This document shows, in pieces, positions 26,534 through 35,025 of a DNA stretch of 38,459 bases. The stretch lies in contig JAOAIV010000001.1 in assembly GCA_026414525.1 (NCBI GenBank), positions 1-38,459 on the forward strand, read 5' to 3'. The notes beneath the pieces were generated by a model. The model ran no database searches, was not told where the DNA came from, and saw only the letters and a list, made by a program, of their open reading frames with translations. This DNA is from Candidatus Bathyarchaeota archaeon. Its GTDB lineage: Archaea > Thermoproteota > Bathyarchaeia > Bathyarchaeales > Bathycorpusculaceae. The translations under genes were made by a program, and so were the position numbers. The number at the start of each line of letters is the position of its first letter. The first letter of the stretch is position 1.

Positions 26534-27489
26534 TAAGAATTTGTTTCAAGCTTTATTGCTCTATTTTTTGCCGATGAACGTAAGGCTGCTTCTGCTATTT
26601 CCAATGCTTTTAAACCATCAGTGCCGGTTATCAGAGGCTTCTTCCTTTCTAGTATACACTCTGCGAAGTGTTGCAGCTCAAGTTTTAAAGGCTCCTGCCA
26701 CGCGTATCTCGGCTGCACACTTTCCTTTTGGTTCTCAATCCACAGCTCTTGCGTCATGTAATCCAAGCGCATTATGGCGTTGCTGCCTGTAACCGTAAGC
26801 AAACGCGTTTTGTAGGGCGTCAACCAGTTGGATTCAATGAAAGCGCTTTTTCCATCTTTGTAGGTAAGCATTATCTGCGCATAATCCTCAAATCTTGTAT
26901 GCCTCATGCTTCCAGTTTTAGCGTAAACCATGACTGGCTCTTCATTGAATACGTAACGCATGACGTCTATGTCATGGATCGCCGTGTCCTTGACCACGCC
27001 TACGTCGCCTATTCTTTCAGGCCACTGTGAAAACCGCTTTGCAGTAGCACACACAAGCTCGCCGATTTCCTTCTTCACCACCGCCATGCGGATATGCTGT
27101 AGCCCAGGAATGAATCGCATTAAGAAGCCAACTGTTAAGTGCAAACCATTTTTCTCAGCTGTTTCTAGAAGCACTTTCGCCTGCTTAGTGTTGGCAGCCA
27201 TGGGCTTCTCAACTAAAACATGCTTCCCCGCTTTAAGCGCCTTCAAGGCTTCCTTGGCGAGAATAGTTGACCAAGTGCATACGCTTACGGCTTCAATCTC
27301 CGGGTTTTTCAGCATCCTTGAACTATTTGTGTACGCTTTAGCACCGTACTGTTTAGCTATGTTTTTTGCTCTTTCAGCGTTTACGTCACAAACCGCTACC
27401 AGCTCTGTTAACTCGAGCTCTTTATAGGTGCGTACATGGTTTTTTCCCCAGCCGCCCACGCCTATTACAGCTACGCCCAGCTTCTTCAT
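26530..27489 (-). CDS. Gfo/Idh/MocA-family NAD(P)-dependent oxidoreductase (WbpB-like sugar-nucleotide dehydrogenase candidate)
   Basis: MKKLGVAVIGVGGWGKNH Rossmann motif and VLVEKPMA (EKP motif). The ATG overlaps the stop of the upstream gene (ATGA). Confidence 0.85.
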   Translation of the reverse strand: MKKLGVAVIGVGGWGKNHVRTYKELELTELVAVCDVNAERAKNIAKQYGAKAYTNSSRMLKNPEIEAVSVCTWSTILAKEALKALKAGKHVLVEKPMAANTKQAKVLLETAEKNGLHLTVGFLMRFIPGLQHIRMAVVKKEIGELVCATAKRFSQWPERIGDVGVVKDTAIHDIDVMRYVFNEEPVMVYAKTGSMRHTRFEDYAQIMLTYKDGKSAFIESNWLTPYKTRLLTVTGSNAIMRLDYMTQELWIENQKESVQPRYAWQEPLKLELQHFAECILERKKPLITGTDGLKALEIAEAALRSSAKNRAIKLETNSY

Positions 27490-28835
27490 GTTTTTCTTGC
27501 TCCTCGACCTATCCCACGATATACAAACCCTTCTTTTTCAACTTTTTGCGGCTCGATTATACCTGTTAAGTCAATGAAAGCCGCTGGCGTTTTTACTATC
27601 GTATGGAGCTTTTTAAGATTTAGGCGTTTAACTATATCTAGCGGGTTGATTAAAATTATACAATCTGTGCCTTCAACTGCTTCATTCACACTTTTTTTAA
27701 GCAGCCGCGCTAGACCCGTTGTTTCACTCATCATAGCTGCTGGATCATAAAGATTAAGCTTCGCGCCTTTCTTCTCTAGCAACTGCACAAGCATTTCCGC
27801 TGCTGTCTGAAACTGAACGTTACCTAGCAGCGCAATTCGCGCTCTTCTTAAGGTTTTTCCACAACTTCTCAGTGCATCTTGAACTAGGTTAACTGCGTGT
27901 GCCGTCATCTGCTCATTAATTTGCCTGGCAAGCGAGGGAATACGAAGCTTAGTGGTTAGGTTTTCGGCGCTTTCAAGCAGAAGATTTACTCCATCGCGGT
28001 AGTTTTCCTCAGAAATAGTCGGGGCTGCATCTATATCCTGTATGCCTAAGACTCTCAAAATTTCATTATAATCTATACCTGCTTTTTCACAGAAAATAGC
28101 TAACTCATTAGTCAAAGCCATATCAACATCTTTCTTTGTAATGGCAAAAAGTGCGGCGGCTTCTGCAGTTTTTATATCCGTTATTCTTTGTATTGCTTTC
28201 CCTGTTATTGTTTCCAAAACCACCGAAGCAGAGGCTAAGCTTGTTTCGTCTGAAGCAGCTATCTTTAATTTTTGTTCCCTAATAGTTGCAAGTTTCTGGC
28301 TATAAGGGAGATAAATTGGATTGTAGGCGAAACCAAACGAATCTCCAACTTTGAAACCTGATGTGCTTTCTAATTTTTCTTTGATAACTCCCTCTGCAGC
28401 GCCTAATCCTGTTATACCCACATAAATGACTAACGTGTTTCTGCGCAGTGCATTTCCGATTTGTTTACATGCTTTCTCGATTTCTGAATAATCCGTCCTT
28501 ATCTTTTCATCGAATTTTGCTTGAATCGCTATTAGTATGATGTCGCTTTGTGAAACTGCACTTTTTAGGTCATTAGCAGAGGTTAATCGCCCTGTTTTCG
28601 TAAGACGCTTTAATTTGATAGCTACTTCGCGGCTAACGTATAATGGTCTTCCTTTTTCTATACTTCTAACCAAACTCTGGTCTAGATCTGTGTATATGAC
28701 CTTATACCCTACTTCTGCGAAGGCAATGGCGTAAAGAATGCCTATTTGCCTGCAGCCTACAACGCTTACTGTATATGCTTGACGCTTTTCCACAGTATCT
28801 AACTCTTCTGGTCTTACTCGTAGAACTGCAGGCAT
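27486..28835 (-). CDS. UDP-glucose/GDP-mannose dehydrogenase-family paralog with degenerate catalytic and NAD motifs (probable pseudoenzyme)
   Basis: 449 aa, collinear with WecC/WbpA-type dehydrogenases across three domains: VSVVGCRQIG..., TAEAAALFA..., NELAIFCEKAGIDYNEIL, ARQINEQM, RIALLGNVQF. The conserved residues are substituted; see findings. Confidence 0.8.
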   Translation of the reverse strand: MPAVLRVRPEELDTVEKRQAYTVSVVGCRQIGILYAIAFAEVGYKVIYTDLDQSLVRSIEKGRPLYVSREVAIKLKRLTKTGRLTSANDLKSAVSQSDIILIAIQAKFDEKIRTDYSEIEKACKQIGNALRRNTLVIYVGITGLGAAEGVIKEKLESTSGFKVGDSFGFAYNPIYLPYSQKLATIREQKLKIAASDETSLASASVVLETITGKAIQRITDIKTAEAAALFAITKKDVDMALTNELAIFCEKAGIDYNEILRVLGIQDIDAAPTISEENYRDGVNLLLESAENLTTKLRIPSLARQINEQMTAHAVNLVQDALRSCGKTLRRARIALLGNVQFQTAAEMLVQLLEKKGAKLNLYDPAAMMSETTGLARLLKKSVNEAVEGTDCIILINPLDIVKRLNLKKLHTIVKTPAAFIDLTGIIEPQKVEKEGFVYRGIGRGARKT

Positions 28836-28862
28836 CGGCCGCTATCCCCAAAAGTATACTTA

Positions 28863-30230
28863 CTAAAGAGTTTTGAGAATCCTTTCAATCTTCAAACTGT
28901 ACTCTTCAATAAGCTTTTGTGCTTTCTCTTGGCTTTTTGCTTCAGCGTAAAGTCTATAAATCGGCTCAGTTCCGCTAGGCCTTATTAGAATAGAGCTTTT
29001 ATCTTCAAACCATATTTTTACCCCATCAATAGTGCTTATGTTTAAGTCTTGAACTTGCTCGAGAAGTTTTTGAAGAACCTTACCTTTCTTGTCTTCAGGA
29101 CATTCAATTTTTCCTTTTTCAATAAAATATTGAGGCTGCTCCGCGATAAGTTGTGAAAGCTTTTTCCCTGTTTTAGCCATTATCTCCAAGATTAGCGCTG
29201 TTGTCATAGCGCCATCACGCACTGCCTGATGCGGACCGTAAAAGACCCCGCCATTTTCTTCGCCGCCCAGCTTTGCTTTAACCTCTTTCATTGTTTGGGA
29301 AACAGTTACGCTTCCGACTTTGGTCCAAACAATTTCGCCCTTATATGCATCAGCTATATCCTTCACGAGTGTCGAAGAACTGACTGGCGTCACTATTTTC
29401 TCATTCGGATTCTCAATTAGAAACTCTTTTTCGATTATCGCAAAAGTTTTGTCGCCCCAGTGGACTTCTCCATTTTCATCTACAAATATAGCTCTATCCG
29501 CGTCTCCATCAAACGCCACGCCTAAATCAGCGCCTGTAGCTTTCACAACTATGGCCAACTCCTTCAGATTTTCTGGACGCGGCTCCGGCATTCGCCCAGG
29601 AAATGTTCCATCAATATTAGCGTTGATAGTGGTGACTTTGCAGTTTAACTCGCGTAGGAGACTCGGCGCAGTAAGGCTGCCTACACTATTCGCCGGGTCT
29701 AAGACGACATGAAATTTTCTCTCGGAGATAGCTGCTGTATCGACATGCTTCTTTATTGCTTGTATGTATTCATCATTTACTGTCCATAATTCACGTTTTG
29801 CGCCCAGTTTATTCCATTCCGCTAAAACCAGCTTACCTTTAAAGTAGATTTCTTCTATCTCCCTCTCTTGTTCATGAGAGATTTCTATTCCATCTCGCCA
29901 AATGACTTTTATGCCATTATATTCAGGTGGATTATGCGAAGCAGTTATTATTACGCCCCCATCCATGCAATGGTTTTTCACTGCATACTGAAGTGCGGGC
30001 GTCGGCGCCATCCCTGCGAAGTATACATTGCAGCCTGTTGCTGTTAAGCCTGCAGTCATAGCTTTAGCGAACATTGGACCACTAGTTCTAGCATCATAAC
30101 CCAATAGCAGGTTTTTTCTTTGGAAGAAGGTTCCAATGGCTTCGGCAACTTTCACTACCATTTCTACTGTTAACTCTTTGTTTACTAACCCGCGGATGCC
30201 ATTTGTCCCAAAAAGCTTGTTTGACTCCAT
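28863..30230 (-). CDS. glmM: Phosphoglucosamine mutase / phosphohexomutase
   Basis: LFGTNGIRG, active-site TASHNPPEYNGIK and metal loop FDGDADR. Confidence 0.9.
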   Translation of the reverse strand: MESNKLFGTNGIRGLVNKELTVEMVVKVAEAIGTFFQRKNLLLGYDARTSGPMFAKAMTAGLTATGCNVYFAGMAPTPALQYAVKNHCMDGGVIITASHNPPEYNGIKVIWRDGIEISHEQEREIEEIYFKGKLVLAEWNKLGAKRELWTVNDEYIQAIKKHVDTAAISERKFHVVLDPANSVGSLTAPSLLRELNCKVTTINANIDGTFPGRMPEPRPENLKELAIVVKATGADLGVAFDGDADRAIFVDENGEVHWGDKTFAIIEKEFLIENPNEKIVTPVSSSTLVKDIADAYKGEIVWTKVGSVTVSQTMKEVKAKLGGEENGGVFYGPHQAVRDGAMTTALILEIMAKTGKKLSQLIAEQPQYFIEKGKIECPEDKKGKVLQKLLEQVQDLNISTIDGVKIWFEDKSSILIRPSGTEPIYRLYAEAKSQEKAQKLIEEYSLKIERILKTL

Positions 30231-30287
30231 GACTTAAAGCCCTTCTTATTATTTACTAAATGATATTTGTCGATTCTTAAATGGTTT

Positions 30288-31346
30288 TCAGCAGATTTCT
30301 TTGGCCGGGCAAACTGCTGTTCCTTCAGCAAGTGAGACGCCATCTCTAATTTTCGCTTGGTCAGCTATAATGCATCCTTGGCTGATTTTGACTTTTTTGC
30401 CTATTACTACCGCCTCACCTATAACTGAGCCATTTACTGTGGTGTAGTCACCTATTTCTACGTCTGGGAAAATTACTGATTCGCTTATTTGCACGTTTTT
30501 TCCTACTTTTACGTTTTTCCCTATTATCGCATGTGGGCCTATTGTGGATTTTTCGCCGATAGAAACGTGCTCATCTAACGCTACAGGTTGTTTGACTTCA
30601 AACTTGCCTTTGGCTCTTAACTCTTGTTTTCCTACTAGCATATCAAGAATAACCTTGTTCGTTTGCAAGTACTCCTCAGGTTTTCCTATATCCCGCCACA
30701 AACCCTTAATAATGTGCCCGTAAAGTTTGCCTTCCGCCACAAGTTTAGGAAAAATCTCCCGCTCCATCGAAACCGCTCTTCCTTTGGGTATATAACGAAG
30801 CACTTCAGGGCTGAGCACATAAATCCCAGCGTTTATAAGTTTGGTTGGCGCTATGTCCTTCTCTGGTTTTTCAATAAACCTCTTCACACGACCATCCTCT
30901 TCTATTTCAGCGACACCGTATCTGCTTGGATCTTCAACTTCACAAAGAGCAATTGTAGCTAAACCCTTCGTTTCTACATGTTTAGCCACTATTTCTGCAT
31001 AGTTCACATCTGCAAATATGTCGCCATTGAGCACCAGAAAAGGTTCTTTGTCGCCCAAAAGTTTTTCCGCCTTTTTTATCGGACCGGCGGTCCCAAGCGG
31101 CGTTTTCGGGGGATCAACCGAGTATTTTATGCGTAACCCGCTTTTTGGGATTCGCTGCTTTTTTATGTAGAATTCTGTCTGCAGATTCACTGCTAATACT
31201 ACGTCTGTAATATTGTTTTTTGCGAGCCGCTCAAAAATCCATTGCAGCAGCGGTTTGTTAACTATTGGAAACAAGGTTTTCGGTTTTGTACAGCTTAGCG
31301 GTCTAAGTCTGGTGGCAAATCCGCCTGCAAGGATTAACGCCTTCAG
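30288..31346 (-). CDS. Bifunctional sugar-1-phosphate nucleotidyltransferase with C-terminal left-handed beta-helix (GlmU-like)
   Basis: GTAGP, LNGD, IEKPEK and INAGIY, then hexapeptide repeats. The NTP-binding loop LAGGFATRLRPL lies upstream of the ORF-track TTG (31274). The proposed start is CTG 31346, preceded by GGGTGA. Confidence 0.85.
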   Translation of the reverse strand: MKALILAGGFATRLRPLSCTKPKTLFPIVNKPLLQWIFERLAKNNITDVVLAVNLQTEFYIKKQRIPKSGLRIKYSVDPPKTPLGTAGPIKKAEKLLGDKEPFLVLNGDIFADVNYAEIVAKHVETKGLATIALCEVEDPSRYGVAEIEEDGRVKRFIEKPEKDIAPTKLINAGIYVLSPEVLRYIPKGRAVSMEREIFPKLVAEGKLYGHIIKGLWRDIGKPEEYLQTNKVILDMLVGKQELRAKGKFEVKQPVALDEHVSIGEKSTIGPHAIIGKNVKVGKNVQISESVIFPDVEIGDYTTVNGSVIGEAVVIGKKVKISQGCIIADQAKIRDGVSLAEGTAVCPAKEIC

Positions 31347-31560
31347 TTAACGTCACCCTTAGGAAGTAATACTATTTGCATGTTTCAATATAAACAGTTA
31401 TGACAAAGCGTTATTAGGCGTTGTATTAAAAGATCACGAATGTCGTTAACACATAATATTGATTAACTATTTTCTATCTGCTTAGTATAACTTGCTGTTT
31501 TGAACAACTGCTACGTTATGGTTATATGCTGCCGCTGCAAAACAGAAAAGGAGAAAGACT

Positions 31561-33003
31561 ATGTCAGATATGGGTGTTACCGTCAAAAAAAACGAGAACT
31601 TCTCCGAATGGTACACGGAAGTTGTTTTAAAATCCGGATTGGCCGACTATGCGCCAATAAAGGGTTGCATGATATTCCGTGAACTTTCCTATGCCATATG
31701 GGAGAAAATTCAGGAAATTTTTAACAAGAAAATCAAGGCAACAGGCCATAAGAATGTCTATTTTCCCATGTTCATACCAGAAAGTTTTCTAAAGAAAGAA
31801 GCAGAACATTTTGCCGGTTTTGTGCCAGAGGTTGCTTGGGTAACCCAGGGCGGAGACTCTACCTTGGAGGAAAAACTTGCTATAAGGCCTACCTCTGAAA
31901 CGATCATTTACGCTACTTACGCAAAATGGATTCGAAGCTGGCGGGACTTGCCCATTAAACTTAATCAATGGTGCAACGTCGTTAGATGGGAAACCAAGGC
32001 AACAAAACCTTTCCTTCGAACTAGAGAATTCCTTTGGCAAGAAGGGCATACTGCGCATGCGACAAAAGAGGATTCTGATAAAGAAGTGATGGACATATTG
32101 AGTGAGTACAAGGATCTGATGGAAAGTTACCTTGCGATTCCCGTGTTAGTTGGTGTGAAATCTGAAAATGAAAAATTCGCTGGGGCACTTTACACGACGA
32201 CGTTGGAGGCCATTATGCCTGATGGGAAAGCTTTGCAGATGGGGACATCGCATAATTTGGGCCAAAATTTCGCCAAGGTTTTCGAGATAAAATTCATAGG
32301 TGAAGACGAGAAAGAGCATTACGTTTGGCAGACTTCTTGGGGCATATCTACACGGCTTATAGGCGCGATTGTCATGGTTCACGGCGACGATAAAGGCTTA
32401 GTGATACCGCCGAAAATTGCGCCCATACAAGTAGTCATAGTGCCCATACCCTACAAGGGCGCAGACTCCGAGGCCATATTTGAAAAGGCGAAAGAGCTTC
32501 TGGGAAAGCTTAAAGAAAAAGGTATCTCTGCCATTTTGGATGATAGAGAAGAATACACGCCAGGCTGGAAATTCAACGAGTGGGAACTGAAAGGCGTACC
32601 GATCCGTGTAGAGATAGGCCCAAGAGACCTCAAACAGCAGCAAGTAACATTAGCGAGACGCGACACCTACCAGAAAACAGTGGCTAGATTTGATGAGGCA
32701 GCGCATGCCATAGAAAAGCTTCTTGATGAAATACAAAGCAATTTGTACGTAAAAGCTAAAGCTGCGCTAGCGGAAAAAATAACCCTTGTGCGTAGCTATG
32801 ATGAATTTCAGCGGGTGCTTGAGGAGAAGGGCGGCTTTATCAAAGCGGCTTGGTGCGGTAACGGCGACTGCGAGGAGAAGATTAAGGATGAAACAGGCGC
32901 TACGATTAGGCTGAGACCTTTCGAAAAGGAGACACCGATAACCGACTGCGTTTACTGCGGTTTAAAAGCTGCTGAAATGGTGTACTTCGCCAAATCCTAC
33001 TAA
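31561..33003 (+). CDS. proS: Prolyl-tRNA synthetase (archaeal/eukaryotic type)
   Basis: 480 aa with NFSEWYTEVVLKSGLADY, class II motifs, an anticodon-binding domain and the C-terminal Zn domain ending YFAKSY. AAGGAG SD. Confidence 0.95.
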   Translation: MSDMGVTVKKNENFSEWYTEVVLKSGLADYAPIKGCMIFRELSYAIWEKIQEIFNKKIKATGHKNVYFPMFIPESFLKKEAEHFAGFVPEVAWVTQGGDSTLEEKLAIRPTSETIIYATYAKWIRSWRDLPIKLNQWCNVVRWETKATKPFLRTREFLWQEGHTAHATKEDSDKEVMDILSEYKDLMESYLAIPVLVGVKSENEKFAGALYTTTLEAIMPDGKALQMGTSHNLGQNFAKVFEIKFIGEDEKEHYVWQTSWGISTRLIGAIVMVHGDDKGLVIPPKIAPIQVVIVPIPYKGADSEAIFEKAKELLGKLKEKGISAILDDREEYTPGWKFNEWELKGVPIRVEIGPRDLKQQQVTLARRDTYQKTVARFDEAAHAIEKLLDEIQSNLYVKAKAALAEKITLVRSYDEFQRVLEEKGGFIKAAWCGNGDCEEKIKDETGATIRLRPFEKETPITDCVYCGLKAAEMVYFAKSY

Positions 33004-33016
33004 GCCACGTTTCTTT

Positions 33017-34849
33017 CTACTCCACTAATTTTACATACCTATTAAGTTGCTTAGCCACATCCTCTAGCCGAAGCCACTTCAGAGTTGATTTCTTCGGTAT
33101 TCCCCGTTCATCCCAGCCTCGCTTCTGATAATATCGCTGCAGCATTGCATTGTACTTTTCTAAATCAAGTTTGGCGCCTTTCAATGGGCCCTCAGTTAGC
33201 GACTCTTTAAACCATCTCGCCGGTGGAACATCCATTTCATGCGTCCACATACTGCTGTATTCGCGCACCCAAAATGCCCGAATAAGATTCCATATGCGTT
33301 CGCCTATTTCAGTTAAAGTTTTCCATGTGAAGTCCATACCCGTGGCGACACGTAGAAAGCGCGTGTACCATTGAAGTTCCAAACCAAGCGATATACTTGG
33401 AAATCGGCAAACCGTCAAGGACTCGAAGACTCCGCCGCGGGTATGCTGCATCTCTATAATCTTGTCGATTTTTTCTTCATCGTAGCTTCCGCGGTTTGTA
33501 TGTATTTCCCATGAAATCAACCATGCGTCCTTATGATGTGCGCCAATTGCGCTTGTGCCGTAAGCTAAAGCCATTCCTGGCGCTGCATAACAGTTGTATG
33601 CGGAAATCTCTAGGCCTTTAACATGCATTGCCCACTCGTTTGCGCGGTTTCCTATTTTTGCTGCTGTTGCTTGAACCCCGTCGGCAAGAAGCGCGCCTAT
33701 TCCTCGTCTGTATGCTATGTCCTTAATCAACTGCTTGATTTCAGCATATTTTCCCCATTCCAATTTCTCAGCGATTAGATGCTTCTGGGATGCTTCAATA
33801 GCGAAGCCCACCACGTTTCCAAGCGAGATTGTGTCTAAGCCCAACTCGTCTGCGCTCCGGTTTAAAGCTGCTACCTGTCGAAGATTGCCAAGTCCTATGT
33901 TTGAGCCAAGCATCGCCACATTTTCATAATCCAACTCTGCCTCCCTTCTATCCGAGTCTTTAACGACATTGCCGCAGGTCATATTGCATTGTGGACAACC
34001 ACGGTTGGAAACCTTGATTTTCTCCATAGCAAATCCGCTTATTTTATCTGCCTTGTCAAAAACGGCTTCACGAAAATTTAGGGTGGGTAGCACACTATTT
34101 TCTTGGCTCCACTCTATAGTTGACATTGTTCCTTGCCGCTTCCAAAAAGCGTAAAGCGGCATAGTTAACACTTCCCTATAAGCGGTGGCGCCAAGTTCCT
34201 TCATCTCCTTTGGCTGTGAAATCGGCACGTTGTCAAAGCCTTCAAAAACCACAGCTTTCAAGTTCTTAGAGCCCATAACAGCGCCAATGCCTGGTCTTCC
34301 ACCTGAGCGGCCTTCTTGAGAAATAAGGGTGGCAAACTTTACTAGGTTTTCTCCTGCTGGGCCAATAGATACAATGCCTGCGCTATGGCCGTATACACGT
34401 TTTAGCTGTGCTTCCGTTTCAAATGTGCTTAATCCCCAAAATTCTTTGGCATCCACAAATTCAACTGTTTTAGCCTTCACGTAAAGAATAACAGGCTTTT
34501 CCGCCTTGCCCTCGATGATAACTGCGTCGTATCCAGCACGACGCATCTGAACCGCAACATTGCTTCCAATGTTTCCATCTCCATAGCCGCCTGTTAGAGG
34601 ACTCTTTGCAGCAACGACGAATTTGCCGCTGTTAGGTAATCCTATCCCAGTTAATGGTCCAGCAGCAAAGATCAACTTGTTTTCAGGAGATAATGGATCA
34701 GTTCCAGGTTTTATCCTGTCCCATAAAATTTTAGCGGCGAAACCTCTGCCGCCAAGAAAATTCAAAGCCAAACCTGCATCATATGATTCTGCGACTGCTT
34801 TGTATTTGGCCAAGTTAACCTGTAAGAAAACACCCGTCCAACCAAACAT
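33017..34849 (-). CDS. aor: Aldehyde:ferredoxin oxidoreductase family (tungstopterin enzyme)
   Basis: MFGWTGVFLQVNL...GGRGFAAKILWD and overall AOR collinearity. The ATG at 34849 has a GAGTG SD. The ORF is open to the TTG at 34864. Confidence 0.95.
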   Translation of the reverse strand: MFGWTGVFLQVNLAKYKAVAESYDAGLALNFLGGRGFAAKILWDRIKPGTDPLSPENKLIFAAGPLTGIGLPNSGKFVVAAKSPLTGGYGDGNIGSNVAVQMRRAGYDAVIIEGKAEKPVILYVKAKTVEFVDAKEFWGLSTFETEAQLKRVYGHSAGIVSIGPAGENLVKFATLISQEGRSGGRPGIGAVMGSKNLKAVVFEGFDNVPISQPKEMKELGATAYREVLTMPLYAFWKRQGTMSTIEWSQENSVLPTLNFREAVFDKADKISGFAMEKIKVSNRGCPQCNMTCGNVVKDSDRREAELDYENVAMLGSNIGLGNLRQVAALNRSADELGLDTISLGNVVGFAIEASQKHLIAEKLEWGKYAEIKQLIKDIAYRRGIGALLADGVQATAAKIGNRANEWAMHVKGLEISAYNCYAAPGMALAYGTSAIGAHHKDAWLISWEIHTNRGSYDEEKIDKIIEMQHTRGGVFESLTVCRFPSISLGLELQWYTRFLRVATGMDFTWKTLTEIGERIWNLIRAFWVREYSSMWTHEMDVPPARWFKESLTEGPLKGAKLDLEKYNAMLQRYYQKRGWDERGIPKKSTLKWLRLEDVAKQLNRYVKLVE

Positions 34850-35025
34850 GCTTGGCACACTCAACTGTTTCCGTATTATGAATCGCGCGAAAATAAAAGT
34901 TTAATCAACAGTTGCGACTACTATTTGCCTAAAAAAGAACGTGCTTTTATTCCTGCTTGACGGCTTCTTCGGAAGCTTTATGTTCTGGAATAACGCAAGT
35001 GTGAAGTTATGCAGGGGCTTCAACT

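Noticed and set aside
31500-31682. A 60-aa plus-strand ORF overlapping the proS start.
   Set aside because: It is out of frame with the strongly supported proS, which has ATG 31561 with an AAGGAG SD. Its sequence is Cys/Arg-rich and non-homologous.
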